A stretch of DNA of 64,000 bases from positions 224,001 to 288,000 of the forward strand of contig CAVYIM010000005.1 in assembly GCA_963768655.1 (NCBI GenBank), read 5' to 3'. The stretch comes from an uncultured Chloroflexia bacterium. GTDB lineage: Bacteria; Chloroflexota; Limnocylindria; Limnocylindrales; CSP1-4. Of this stretch, positions 1-11,036 are shown one piece after another; within the stretch, counting starts at the first letter, position 1, and each line of letters starts with the position of its first letter. The notes under the pieces are model-generated. The model worked only from the letters and a program-made list of their open reading frames with translations. It had not been told where the DNA came from and searched no databases. The translations under genes and the position numbers were made by a program.

Positions 1-219
1 TCGACCTCCCCGGCCAGCGAGGCCCCAGAGGCTGCGCGCGGTCCAGGCCGGAGGGTGGCAGGCCCGCCCTCCGGCCCTTCTGTGCTCGGAGCTCGCGTCA
101 CGCTCGGTCGACCGGCCGCCCCCGCCGCGATGGGTAGGATCGGTCGGGCCGTTGGTACTCCCTCTGCGTGACGGCCACCCGGTCCGACGCCATGGCCGGC
201 TCTATAGCATTCGCGGATC

Positions 220-855
220 ATGACTAGCGTCCCCGGCCATGTCACGCCCCTCAGGCTCGTGCAGCGCGCCTCGCTGGACCTCGGCGCCTGCCCGCCGGCG
301 GCCCTGGTCGAGCCCAACTGGCTCGGGGCACCGGTCGCCTCGGCCGCGGCCGACACCCGCCGCTATCTGACGGATCTCAGCCTTCCGGTTCGGGGCCACA
401 GCCCGCAGCTCACCTTCAAGAAGGCCGCCTACGTGGACATAGGCGCGGTTCGAGCCAACGAGGATGGCTGCGAGCTGGCCATCAGCTGGCAGTCGTCGTC
501 GCTCGCGCCGCTGTTCCCCGTCTTCGCCGGCCGCCTCAAGCTGACATCGACCGAGATCACGCTGGAGGGGTTCTATGCCCCGCCCGGCGGTGAGCTGGGG
601 GCCGCGCTCGACCGCGCCTTCCTGAACATCGCCGCGCGCGGCACCGCTCGCTGGTTCCTCGACAGGGCCGTCGCCGCGCTCTCGACCGCCCCGGCGCCCG
701 CGGCGGAGGCTCAGGCGGCAGGGCCGGAGACGCGGACCGCGGGCCACGCGGCCGGCCCGACATCGGGCTACGCAGCCGGCTCGACCGCGGGCTCGACCGG
801 CGACCCCAATGTCCCTGGTCGCCACTCGGCCCTGCGCGGTCGCGCGGTCCCCTGA
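220..855 (+). CDS. hypothetical protein
   Basis: 211-aa ORF with normal high-GC codon use and a low-complexity C-terminal tail; no family recognised. Confidence 0.6.
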   Translation: MTSVPGHVTPLRLVQRASLDLGACPPAALVEPNWLGAPVASAAADTRRYLTDLSLPVRGHSPQLTFKKAAYVDIGAVRANEDGCELAISWQSSSLAPLFPVFAGRLKLTSTEITLEGFYAPPGGELGAALDRAFLNIAARGTARWFLDRAVAALSTAPAPAAEAQAAGPETRTAGHAAGPTSGYAAGSTAGSTGDPNVPGRHSALRGRAVP

Positions 856-1109
856 GAGCGCGGTCCCACGACACCATCGCGGGCGAACCTGCGCGCGGCC
901 GGTGGTCGGCTGCCAGCCGGGCCGTCCCCCGAGCCCGCGACCTTCGGGCCGCCATGGCGGATACCGGCGGGCGCCGACGCATGAGCAGCGGAAGATGCAC
1001 AATTCTTGCGGGAATGGAATGGCCCCGATATGGATTCGCAACATGCCGGGGAGTATCGTGGCGGATGCGTCGGCGTCCCGGCGCGAACCCCCGAAGGAAG
1101 GAGGGTCCT

Positions 1110-1346
1110 GTGCCTGAACCGTCCGCCATCGAGGGGGTGTTGCGAGCTCTGGTCGAGGCGATGGAGGCCAAAGAGGCCGCCGAGCCAGACCTCCCTGAGT
1201 GGGAGGCAAACGCCCGACTTCGAGCCGCGGAGGCTAACCTTCTCCGGCTCTATCGAGAGTCGGGCCACGATCACCCTCACCGCGTGGCAATCGAGATCGA
1301 AGTCGCCCACTCCTGCGTGGGCCCCACCGCGGTAGAGGTCGCCTGA
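1110..1346 (+). CDS. small hypothetical protein
   Basis: GTG at 1110 preceded by AAGGAGG RBS; in frame with ORF 954..1346. Confidence 0.5.
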   Translation: MPEPSAIEGVLRALVEAMEAKEAAEPDLPEWEANARLRAAEANLLRLYRESGHDHPHRVAIEIEVAHSCVGPTAVEVA

Positions 1347-1557
1347 CGCCCGGCGGCCGCCACGCGCAGGCCGCCGTCAAGCCCTTGGGATGGTCCCGGT
1401 TTCCGTGTGCCCGTCACCGCGTGCACTCGCCGCCGGAGCCCGATCGGCCCATCCGCTGACCCCGACGCCACCCACGGCGAGGGGAGTCGCCGAACCCCAC
1501 GGCTGCAGTTGGCAAGCTCCGCGGCCGATACCTTGCATGGTTGGGCAAGCCGTGCCA

Positions 1558-2859
1558 ATGGAGCCTGCCGTGCTTACTGGGGCAACGGAGAAACCCGACG
1601 TCAGCGCCGCCCACGGTGATCGTCGCCTGCGGGCCGTCTATCGCCGGGAACTCCAGGAAAGCGTGCTGTTCTCGGCCCTGGCCGTCACGGCTGGGATCGC
1701 GGTCACCACTGTGATCGCGTGCCTCGTCGCGCCGAGCGCCGCGCCTGCCGAGATACTCCTGGCCACTCCACTGGTGCTGGCGGGTCTTGGTGTCGCTCGC
1801 ACCGTCTCCTGCCGGTTCCGCCGCTACGCCGTTCAGCTCGGCATGCTGGTCGGCCTGCTGCCCTTCCTCTCGACCGCCACGGCAACGATCCTGGTGCCCG
1901 GATCCGAGCCACTGTCCCTGGGGGCGCTCGGTGTCATGCCCCTGACCTTCGCGGTCTACGTCCCGCTCGAGCGCAGGCCGCACCTCGTCTGGCTGATCCT
2001 GGCCGACGCGATCTTCTTTGGGGTGATCGGCATCTTCTCGAACGTCCTGGTGTTGTCGGGTGAGGTGCTGGCCCTCGCGTTCACGGCCGCTCTGGCATTC
2101 GGGCTCAGCCTCGGCGCCAACGAGATCCAGCTGCGGCGGCGCCAGCAGATGAACCGCCAACTCCTGGCGGTGCGCGGCCTCTACGGCCGGATGAAGGAGC
2201 ACGAGCTCGACCTGCGCCGCCAGGACGAGTTCCTCTTCATGCAGCAGGAAACCCTGGTCGTCCAACAGGCCGAGCTGCTGCGCCTCAACGAGGAGCTCGA
2301 GACGATCGCCCGCCTCGACGCCCTGACCGGCCTTGGCAATCGCCTTCGCCTCAACGAGGACCTGGCCCAGACGGCCGCCCGGATAGAGCGCAGCGGCGGG
2401 ACGGTGGGGCTGCTGCTGATGGACCTGGACCGCTTCAAGCGCCTCAACGACACGATGGGTCACCTGGCCGGCGACGCCGCGCTCCGGGGAGTGGCTGACG
2501 TTCTTCGCAAGACGAGCCGCCTGGGCGACGGGCTTTATCGCTATGGCGGCGAGGAGTTCCTGGTCGTGCTGCACGACTGCGACGGGAACGCGCTCCGGGC
2601 GGCCGGGCAGCGCTACATCAGCGCCATCGCGGCCGCGGGCATGCCACATCCCGACAATCCGCCGTGGAACCTGGTCACTGCCAGCGCCGGCGCCCGCGAG
2701 CTCTCGCAGGAGAACTGCACCGACATCGACTCCGCGCTCCACGATGCCGACGAGGCGCTGTACGTGGCCAAGGCCTCGGGTCGCAACCGACTGGAAATCC
2801 ACTCGGGCCCGCCCGCGGGGACGATCGTCCCGATCGACCGGCAACGAGCCGCCAGCTGA
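1558..2859 (+). CDS. membrane-bound diguanylate cyclase (GGDEF domain)
   Basis: N-terminal TM helices, coiled coil, DALTGLGNR, DLDRFKRLND, YRYGGEEF motifs. Confidence 0.92.
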   Translation: MEPAVLTGATEKPDVSAAHGDRRLRAVYRRELQESVLFSALAVTAGIAVTTVIACLVAPSAAPAEILLATPLVLAGLGVARTVSCRFRRYAVQLGMLVGLLPFLSTATATILVPGSEPLSLGALGVMPLTFAVYVPLERRPHLVWLILADAIFFGVIGIFSNVLVLSGEVLALAFTAALAFGLSLGANEIQLRRRQQMNRQLLAVRGLYGRMKEHELDLRRQDEFLFMQQETLVVQQAELLRLNEELETIARLDALTGLGNRLRLNEDLAQTAARIERSGGTVGLLLMDLDRFKRLNDTMGHLAGDAALRGVADVLRKTSRLGDGLYRYGGEEFLVVLHDCDGNALRAAGQRYISAIAAAGMPHPDNPPWNLVTASAGARELSQENCTDIDSALHDADEALYVAKASGRNRLEIHSGPPAGTIVPIDRQRAAS

Positions 2860-2941
2860 CCCCGCGGACACTGCCGGGGGCGGCGATAGCCTGATTGGGG
2901 CCCCGGGCCATGAGGCTGGCCCGGCCCGACCGGCCGGCGCC

Positions 2942-3352
2942 CTAGATCGGCAGCAGCGCCGCCACGATCGCAACGACGACGCCGATGGCCAGCGAGGCCA
3001 CCCCGATGCGGATCGACCTGGCCCGGTCGCGGGCCCTGGCCTCGGGATCCGCCACGCTGGACACGGTCCCGACCGGCCCGAAGTTGTAGACGCCTCGGGA
3101 CCCGAAGCCGGCGCAGAAGTGGAACCACGCCTGCAGGTAGCCCGAGGCCGACGCGCCCGCCGGAAGCACGAGGATCAACCTCGTCCAGGGCGGCGCTCCG
3201 GTCACGACCAGGGCCGCCAGGCCGGCGACCGTCACGAGGAGCCCCAGGTGGCCGGCCATCCGCCGGCGGGCTATCTCAGCCGGACCGATATTGCATACGC
3301 CCGGGCTGTAATCGACGACATTGAGCGGGCCCAGGCCCGCGGTGCTGGACAT
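2942..3352 (-). CDS. small membrane protein
   Basis: Hydrophobic segments, CNIGPAEIARRR motif; ATG at 3352 with GAGG upstream. Confidence 0.65.
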   Translation of the reverse strand: MSSTAGLGPLNVVDYSPGVCNIGPAEIARRRMAGHLGLLVTVAGLAALVVTGAPPWTRLILVLPAGASASGYLQAWFHFCAGFGSRGVYNFGPVGTVSSVADPEARARDRARSIRIGVASLAIGVVVAIVAALLPI

Positions 3353-3651
3353 CGTTGAGACCTCAACTACTTGGATCGGATGGTACAGCCGAAGCACGCT
3401 CGTGGCTCCTGGCCGCCCATCTGGGCCGGCATCCGCGACAATTCGCCGCCACCTTGCCTCGGCCGGCTGGTCGGTGCGCTGCGGTGCGGGGTAGACTGCT
3501 GCTCTCCGCTCACCGCCGGACCTCGCAGGGGTCCTTTCGGGTTATCTTGACCCGTACAATCGGGGAGCGATACTTGGCACCGGTGGGGCCGACTATTCCA
3601 CTAGGCGGGCTACCGGCGCTCCGAGTCGGTGCCCCTCCAGGAGGATCCAGC

Positions 3652-3888
3652 GTGCTCTTCAACCGCAAGCGCTCCAAGGACTCCGAGGAGCGGCGGCTCG
3701 ATCAAGCGGGGCTGGTCGAGTTGCTCCTCGGCGCGGACGAGGTCGAACGCAAGCGGCTCCTGCTCCTCGCGCTCCAGACCGGCGAGCTCCGCAAGTCCGA
3801 AGCCGCCGACCTGCTGCGCCTGGTCGATCGACTGGAATCCGTGTCTTCCGGCTCCGCCATCCGGCGTGCGTCGTCCGGCAACCACTAG
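3652..3888 (+). CDS. small hypothetical protein
   Basis: AGGAGG RBS then GTG at 3652; helical 78-aa product. Confidence 0.55.
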   Translation: MLFNRKRSKDSEERRLDQAGLVELLLGADEVERKRLLLLALQTGELRKSEAADLLRLVDRLESVSSGSAIRRASSGNH

Positions 3889-3936
3889 CGGCTCGCACGT
3901 GGACATCGGGGGGCCGGCATTCGCTACCATCCTCGA

Positions 3937-5163
3937 ATGACCACAGAGGATCTACTTGGGGCGCTGCGGGTCGCGGCTGAGCGCGAGCTGCGCGGGGATA
4001 TCCTGCCGTACTGGGCGACCAGGGCGATCGATCGCCAGCAGGGTGGCTTCTTCGGGGCTGTCTCGACCGACGGCCGCCCGGACGCGAGCGCCGCCAAGGG
4101 CGGCGTCCTCAACGCCCGCATCCTGTGGACCTTTTCTGCCGCGCTGCGGCGCTGGCCGGAGCCGCTCTATCGCGAGATGGCGGATCGGGCGTTCGACTAC
4201 CTCCTGGAGCACTTCTGGGATGCGGAGCATTCGGGCCTGTACTGGGAGGTGGACCACCTCGGCCGGATGCTCCAGGGCCGCAAGCAGACCTACGGCCAGG
4301 CCTTCGGCATCTACGCGCTGGCCGAGTACTTCCGGGCGACGGGCGTGCGCGACGCGCTCGATCGAGCCATGCGACTGTTCGAGGACATCGAGGCTCACGC
4401 GCTCGACCCCGCCAACGGCGGCTACTGGGAGGCGCGCGGGCGCGACTGGCAGCCGATCGACGACATCCGGCTCTCCGACCTGGACCTGAACGCGCCCTTC
4501 TCGATGAATACGCATCTCCATCTGCTGGAGGCCTACACGACGCTCGCTCTTGTAAGCGAGGATCCGCGGCCGCGAGCGCGCCTGCGGGCGCTGTTCGAGC
4601 TGGTGCTGGACCACATCCTCGATGAGAAGAGCGGGCACCTGATCCTCTTCTTCGACGAGCGCTGGCGGTCACTGTCGGACGTGATCTCGTACGGCCACGA
4701 CATCGAAGCGAGCTGGCTGATGTGTGAGGCGGCCGGCGTATTGGGCGACCCAGCCCTCGAGGCCCGCGCCCAGGCGGCCGCCGTCAAGCTCGCGGACGCC
4801 GTGCTGGCCGACGGCTACGATGACGAGCTTGGCGGCGTGTACTACGAGCGGACCCCCGAAGGCCACCTCAGGTCGGACAAGGACTGGTGGCCGCAGGCCG
4901 AAGCAGTGGTGGGCTTCCTGAACGCGTACCGGATCGCCGGTCGAGTGGAGTTCCTCCAGGCCGCCGCCAGGACGTGGGACTTCATCGATGCGTTCGTCAT
5001 CGATCGCCGCAACGGCGAGTGGTACACCCGCGTCAGCCGCGAAGGGGTTCCCGTGCCCGACCTGGCCAAGGTCGACTTCTGGAAGTGCCCCTACCACGAC
5101 GCCCGCGCAATGCTCGAGATCATGGAGCGCGCGAACCAGATGGAGCCGGCCGGCACACGCTGA
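3937..5163 (+). CDS. AGE-family epimerase (cellobiose 2-epimerase-like)
   Basis: NARILWTFS, SMNTHLHLLEAY, SYGHDIE, WWPQAE, WKCPYH motifs. Confidence 0.92.
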   Translation: MTTEDLLGALRVAAERELRGDILPYWATRAIDRQQGGFFGAVSTDGRPDASAAKGGVLNARILWTFSAALRRWPEPLYREMADRAFDYLLEHFWDAEHSGLYWEVDHLGRMLQGRKQTYGQAFGIYALAEYFRATGVRDALDRAMRLFEDIEAHALDPANGGYWEARGRDWQPIDDIRLSDLDLNAPFSMNTHLHLLEAYTTLALVSEDPRPRARLRALFELVLDHILDEKSGHLILFFDERWRSLSDVISYGHDIEASWLMCEAAGVLGDPALEARAQAAAVKLADAVLADGYDDELGGVYYERTPEGHLRSDKDWWPQAEAVVGFLNAYRIAGRVEFLQAAARTWDFIDAFVIDRRNGEWYTRVSREGVPVPDLAKVDFWKCPYHDARAMLEIMERANQMEPAGTR

Positions 5164-5415
5164 GCGCCGCCCGCCAATCCGCCGTCCGAGCCATCCTCCG
5201 AGCGGCCGCCTGAGCCGCGGTAGTACGAGCCGACGTCGAAGTTGGACGATTCGTCCCTTGACCCGATGCAGTGCGCGTAGGACCCTCGGGCCGGCGTCGG
5301 GGCCATAATCTATTGACGCGCTTCGCCGAAGGCCTGGTGGAGCCTGGCTGCAGGTCCGGCCTTCCATTGCCGAAGCCTGGAAGGGGACGGCAAGTCCTCC
5401 TCAAAGGGAGACCTC

Positions 5416-7923
5416 ATGGTGGCTCGTCGATCGGGCTCGCAGCAAGGCCCGAAGGAGCGATCGACCGCGGGCACCGGAAGCCGCCGGCCCGGCGCCGGCG
5501 GCGACGGGGCGCGGTTGCGAGGGGGCGTCGCGGGCGCGGGGCGCACCATTCGCGAGGCCGGGCGGGCGTCTTCCGAAGTCGACCCTCGCGGCGCCGCGAA
5601 GGATGTCTTTCCCTCGGAGGAGATGTTCCAGCTCGTCCTGGATACGATCCCCCAGCGCGTCTTCTGGAAAGACACGAATTCGGTATATGTGGGCTGCAAC
5701 GTGCCACTCGCGCACGACGCCGGCTTCGACGATCCGAGTCAGCTGATCGGCCTGACCGACTACGACATGTCCTGGCGGCCGACCGCGGACCGCTACCGGG
5801 CCGACGATCACGAAGTCATGACCACCGGCATCGCCATGATCAACTACGAGGAGCCGCAGGTCCGCGCGGACGGCAGCGAGGGCTGGTTGCGGACGAGCAA
5901 GCTGCCTCTACGGGCGGCCGACGGGCGGGTCATCGGCGTGCTGTGCACGTACGAGGACATCACCGAGCAGAGACGCGCCCATGAGGCCCTCCGCGAGAGT
6001 GAACAGTTCCTCGACAACATCGTCGAGAACATCCCGCACATGGTGTTCGTGAAGGATGCTCGCGACCTGCGCTTCGTCCGCCTGAACCGTGCCGGCGAGC
6101 TGCTGAACGGTTACTCGAGGGAGGATCTCATCGGCGAGGATGGCACGGTCCTGTCGCCGCCCGACGAGGTGGCGTTCATGGGGTCGGTCGACCGGCAGGT
6201 GATCGAGACGGGCGAGGTCGTCGACATTCCCGAGGAGATTCTCACGACGCCGCACCGGGGCCCCCGGATTCTGCACACGACGAAGATCCCCATCTTCGAT
6301 GAGCAGGGGAAGCCGCGCTTCTTGCTCGGGATCTCGGAGGACATCACCGATCGCAAGCTGGCCGAGGAGGCTCTCCGCAAGAGCGAGGAGCGCTACCGCC
6401 ACATCATCGAGACGATCACCGACTATGTCTTCAGCGTCTTCGTGGCGGACGGCCGGGCGGCCTCGACGACCCACGGCCCCGGCTGCGTCGCCGTGACGGG
6501 CTACACGCCCGAGGAGTTCGCCGCCGATCCAGGTTTGTGGCTCGACATGGTCGTTCCCGAAGACCGCGAGCTGGTGGTGGACCAGTCGCGCCGCGTCCTC
6601 ACCGGAGAGCATGTCGGGCCGCTCGAGCACCGCATAGTGCGCAAGGACGGAGCCATGCGCTGGGTCCGCAACACCCTCGTCCCGCGCTTCGATCCCTCCG
6701 GCGCCCTCGTCGCCTACGACGGGCTGATCCAGGACATCACCGAGCTGCGGGCGCTCCAGGAGCAGCTACTTCAGGCCCAGAAGATGGAGGGCATTGGCAG
6801 GCTCGCCGGAGGCATCGCGCACGACTTCAACAATCTGCTGACCGCGATCCTCGGCTACCTGGAGATGGCTCGCCTCGACCTTCCGGCGGACCTGCCGCCG
6901 GATGATGCCATTCGAGCAGACCTGGACGAGATCGGCACCGCCGGCGAGCGCGCCGCGAGACTCACCCGTCAGCTGCTCGCCTTCGCCAGCAAGCAGATCG
7001 TGGCGCCCGTCCGCCTCGACCTGAGCGCGCTTATCTCCGACCTGCTCAAGATGCTTCGCCCGCTGCTGAGCGAGAACATCACGGTGGAGACGGTCCTCGA
7101 GCCGGGACTTGGGACCATCGAGGCCGATCCCAGCCAGATCCAGCAGTTGCTCGTCAACCTCACCGTCAACGCCGCCGACGCGATGCCGGACGGCGGCCGG
7201 CTCATCATCGAAACTGCGATGGAGGACGTGACGGAGGACTACGCCGCCACGCACCCGGGGGCCAGCCCCGGCAGCCACGTCCGACTATCGGTCACCGACA
7301 CCGGCAGCGGCATGAACGAGTACGTGCTCTCGCATCTGTTCGAGCCGTTCTTCACGACCAAGGAGCAGGGCAAGGGTACGGGGCTCGGGCTGGCGGTGTG
7401 TTACGGCATCGTCCGGGCGATGGGCGGCCACATCCGCGTCTTCTCGGAGCCGGGAAACGGGACCACGTTCCGCATCTTCCTGCCACGCGTCGACGGGCCC
7501 GTCACCGACCGGCCGGCGATCGCACCCGTCTCCCCCACTCCAACCGGAACCGAGACGATCCTCGTCGTCGAGGACGAGGACGTCGTCCGGCACCTGGCGG
7601 TCATCGGCCTGCGGGCCCAGGGCTACACGGTGATCGAGGCGTGCGACGGTGTCGAGGCGCTCGAGATCGTCGCCCGCATCGCGCCCGAGCTGGACCTTGT
7701 GGTGAGCGACGTCGTCATGCCCGGGATGAGCGGTCCGGAGCTCGTGAAGCGCCTGGCCGCCGTTGCCCCCGGCACGAGGCGACTGCTCGTGTCGGGGCAC
7801 GCCGAATCGACAGTCCTGCCCGCCTGGCTCACCGACGTCGGTGCGGCGTTCCTCCCCAAGCCGTTCACTCCGGAGCGCCTGGCCCGCAAGGTTCGCGAAG
7901 TCCTGGACTCCCCGGCCGGCTGA
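5416..7923 (+). CDS. PAS-domain hybrid sensor histidine kinase/response regulator
   Basis: Three PAS/PAC repeats, AGGIAHDFNNLL H-box, FFTTK/GTGLGL G-boxes, C-terminal receiver domain. Confidence 0.95.
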   Translation: MVARRSGSQQGPKERSTAGTGSRRPGAGGDGARLRGGVAGAGRTIREAGRASSEVDPRGAAKDVFPSEEMFQLVLDTIPQRVFWKDTNSVYVGCNVPLAHDAGFDDPSQLIGLTDYDMSWRPTADRYRADDHEVMTTGIAMINYEEPQVRADGSEGWLRTSKLPLRAADGRVIGVLCTYEDITEQRRAHEALRESEQFLDNIVENIPHMVFVKDARDLRFVRLNRAGELLNGYSREDLIGEDGTVLSPPDEVAFMGSVDRQVIETGEVVDIPEEILTTPHRGPRILHTTKIPIFDEQGKPRFLLGISEDITDRKLAEEALRKSEERYRHIIETITDYVFSVFVADGRAASTTHGPGCVAVTGYTPEEFAADPGLWLDMVVPEDRELVVDQSRRVLTGEHVGPLEHRIVRKDGAMRWVRNTLVPRFDPSGALVAYDGLIQDITELRALQEQLLQAQKMEGIGRLAGGIAHDFNNLLTAILGYLEMARLDLPADLPPDDAIRADLDEIGTAGERAARLTRQLLAFASKQIVAPVRLDLSALISDLLKMLRPLLSENITVETVLEPGLGTIEADPSQIQQLLVNLTVNAADAMPDGGRLIIETAMEDVTEDYAATHPGASPGSHVRLSVTDTGSGMNEYVLSHLFEPFFTTKEQGKGTGLGLAVCYGIVRAMGGHIRVFSEPGNGTTFRIFLPRVDGPVTDRPAIAPVSPTPTGTETILVVEDEDVVRHLAVIGLRAQGYTVIEACDGVEALEIVARIAPELDLVVSDVVMPGMSGPELVKRLAAVAPGTRRLLVSGHAESTVLPAWLTDVGAAFLPKPFTPERLARKVREVLDSPAG

Positions 7924-8009
7924 CCCGGCCGGCCGACCCGGTCGCCTGACCCGGTCGGCGGAGCGAGGCGCGGATCGTTGGACCGCGTCGCGTTGCCTCT
8001 TCGGGCGGG

Positions 8010-9191
8010 TCAGGGTGCCGCCGATGGGGTCTTCGACGGTGTGGACGTCGCCAGGTGCCGGCTTGGACTGACGTAGAGGAGCGGGTTGCGAGCGCAGCTG
8101 ATGTTCCCGCCCGTCCACGGGTAGCAGACCCACACCTCGAAGTGCAGGTGCGAACCCTGCGCCGCACCCGTTTCGCCCATGCTGCCGACACGCTGACCGG
8201 CAGTGACGTGCTGGCCGATCTTTACCGTTACGGCCGAGAGATGGTTGTAGGTGGTGTACAGCGTGCCGCCGCCGTGCGAGATCCAGACCACGATGCCGCC
8301 GGCCGCGCCGTCCGTCCCGGCCTTTCTCCAGCCCGCGTAGATGACCGTGCCCGAAGCGGCGGCAAGTATCGGGACCCCGGTCGGCCCGCCGATGTCGAGG
8401 CCGTCGTGGAAGTGGCGGCATGTGCCCCACCGCGGTTCGGCGGGCCATCCGGTGCAGCCGAAGGGCTGGGTGATCCGGTAGTGGTCGTACGCCGGCCAGA
8501 GCAGCTTGCCGAGCCAGTTCGGCGGGGGCGGTGCGGGGGGCTGCTTGACCGGCAGCGGCGGAGTATCGGCGCCGGGGACGAGGAGTAGCTCGCCGGCAAC
8601 GAGCGTCGTATCGGACAGGTTGTTGGCATCGATCAACTCTTGCGTGTCGATGCCGTACTTGGCAGCGATCGATTTGACCGTCGCGCCCGCCTGGACGGCG
8701 ATCGACAGGCCATCCATGGGCGGGATCTTCATGACCTGCCCGATCTTCACCAGCTGTGGGTCGGGAACGCTGATGCTGTTGGCCCAGTAGAGCGTATCGA
8801 CCGACAGTCCGAAGGCGTTGGCGATCCGGCCGAGCGTGTCCCCGGCCCGGACCGTGTATGCCAGGAACGCCGACCCGGGGATCGGCGTCCCGACCCGCGG
8901 CTGAGCCGTGGCCGGCGCCGTGGAGCTGGCCTGGGGGCTGGGGGACGGGCTATCCGACGGAGCGTCCGAGGGGCTCGGGCTGGCGGAGACGGCGGCGACC
9001 GCGGTCGCGACGTCAGTCGCGGTCGGGCTGCTCGTCGCGGTCCCGTGGAGGGCGCTCAGCGGCATGGCCATCACGACCGTGGCCACGAGCACCAGGCAGA
9101 CCGCAAGCGCGACCGCGCCCTTACGCCCGATCACGCCCGATCGTCTCAATCCGAGCGGCAGCCCCCTGTGGTCCGAGCGGCGCCAGGCCAT
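8010..9191 (-). CDS. LysM-domain M23 metallopeptidase
   Basis: TM segment, two LysM repeats, HDGLD and HLHFE M23 motifs; start codon uncertain. Confidence 0.85.
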   Translation of the reverse strand: MAWRRSDHRGLPLGLRRSGVIGRKGAVALAVCLVLVATVVMAMPLSALHGTATSSPTATDVATAVAAVSASPSPSDAPSDSPSPSPQASSTAPATAQPRVGTPIPGSAFLAYTVRAGDTLGRIANAFGLSVDTLYWANSISVPDPQLVKIGQVMKIPPMDGLSIAVQAGATVKSIAAKYGIDTQELIDANNLSDTTLVAGELLLVPGADTPPLPVKQPPAPPPPNWLGKLLWPAYDHYRITQPFGCTGWPAEPRWGTCRHFHDGLDIGGPTGVPILAAASGTVIYAGWRKAGTDGAAGGIVVWISHGGGTLYTTYNHLSAVTVKIGQHVTAGQRVGSMGETGAAQGSHLHFEVWVCYPWTGGNISCARNPLLYVSPSRHLATSTPSKTPSAAP

Positions 9192-9519
9192 CGGAGGCGG
9201 CGCCTTGCCGACCGTTGCGGCGGCCCGGTCAACTGCGGGATCGGCGGCCCGGTCGACGGGGGGCGCGACAGCTGGGTCAACTGTGGTGGCGGCGATTGGC
9301 CCGGTTTCGCCCTTGTGTCGAGCCCTTCGCGTGTAGCGCAGCCCGGCCGGCGCGGTGTCCGTGGCGGGCTTTTCGCCGCGGATACGAGCGAGGAGACGGC
9401 GAGCGGCGTTTCCCTTGGCTGACGGCAATACCCACTCCGTAGCGGCTGCAACGTTCGGGGCGACCGGCCGGCCAGAAGCCGGCGGCCGCGTTATGTGACG
9501 GGCCGGGTCGCCACTTACC

Positions 9520-10882
9520 CTACCAGGGGTTGCCGATCGCTGCCAGATCGGCGCCCGGCGACCAGCCCGGGCCGGCCGGGGCTGGCTGCAGGCCGCTCGC
9601 CTCCAGCGCCAGGGCCGCGGCCAGCACGACGTCCCGGTCGCGACCGGCGATCTGGAGGCCACCCATGGCGATGGCCGGCCAACCCAGGAAGTTGAATGGC
9701 CGCGTCCAGCCGGTCATGGCCGCCCGCACGTCGGGTTCCCAGCAGTCATCCGGGGGCGGATCGATCGCCATCACCGGGCCGACGAGAATGTCACAGTCGG
9801 GCCTGGAGCGCGCTCGCTTCCGCAGCTCCCGGACGGCCAGCAGGCCCCTCTGCAGTCGCACCGCGCTGATCCCCTGCGCGTCATCCAGCTTGAGCCGCAG
9901 GTCCGGCCCGTAGCGCTCGCGCTCGCGCGGAAACCAGCTCATGTGCGTGATCGCGCATTCGGCGGCGAAGGCCGCCATGAGATCGGCGTCCAGCTCGGGG
10001 AGCTCGGCCTCGTCCACGAGGGCGCCCAACCCGACCAGGTCATCTTCGATGCCGGTGACCGCCAGCACTCCGACCCGCACGCCGGCAAGCCGGGGCGCCG
10101 GGGCAGGCCGTCCCGTCAGGACGGCATCCACGAGCGCCACATCGGCCACGGTCCGAGCCATGCCCCCGACCGTGTCGAACGATGGCGCGAGCGGGAAGAC
10201 GCCACGCGTCGGGACGGCGCCGTAGGCCGGCTTGAAGCCCACGACGCCGCAGCAGGCCGCCGGGACCCTGATGGACCCGCCGGTGTCGGTGCCCAGGCCG
10301 ATGGTCGCCTGGTGGTCGGCCAGGGCCGCCGCGGTCCCCCCGCTCGAACCGCCGGCCACGCGCCCGGGCCTGGCGGGGTTCGCGACCGTGCCCCAGTGCG
10401 GGTTCTGGCTGGTCACGCCGAAGGCGAACTCGTGCATGTTCGTCTTGCCGACGACGATCGCACCCGCGGCCTCGAGCCTGGCCACCGCCGTCGCCGTCCG
10501 CCGCGGAACGTGGTCGGCGAAGATCGAGGAACCGTAGGTGGTCCGTACGCCTGCCGCGTCGAAGATGTCCTTCACGGCGAGGGGCACTCCGGCAAGCGGT
10601 CCGGTCGGGCCTCTGGCGGGCCCGTTTCAGCGCCTCCTCGGGGCACGCGGTGATGTAGGCGTGGCCCTCGCGGTGCGCCTCGATGCGAGCCAGCGTTGCC
10701 TCGACGATCTCGGCGGCGGAGATATCGCCCCCGTTCACGGCGGCGGCGATTTCGGCCGCGGACAGGGTCAGGCGATCATCCAGGGCAAGCGGCGGTGGTG
10801 GGGCGAGCGGCGGGGGTGGAGCCAGAGGCCCGAGCGAGGCGGCTGGGGCACCGAGCGGAGCGGGCCTGGTTCGGTCGTTCAT
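9520..10882 (-). CDS. amidase (GatA-like signature family); apparent +1 frameshift near 10605
   Basis: GGSSGG and GTDTGGSIR motifs; N-terminus (LSAAEIAAAV) lies in another frame and joins if one C of a CCC run is removed. Confidence 0.85.
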
Positions 10883-11036
10883 CGGCCTCAAGATCGCCGA
10901 GCGCTCGCCGGCGGTCAAGCCCAGATATGATCTGCCCAAAGTGGAGTCGGGCCGATTGGCCTCGACTCCCGCGGAGCGGCGGCCAACGACTGCTCCGTGC
11001 GGCACCAGGTCCAGCCATGGAAAGGAAAGCGGACCC

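Noticed and set aside
5280-5415. Hairpins upstream of the PAS kinase as a riboswitch
   Set aside because: No match to riboswitch consensus motifs that I can recognise; an Rfam/Infernal scan would be needed.
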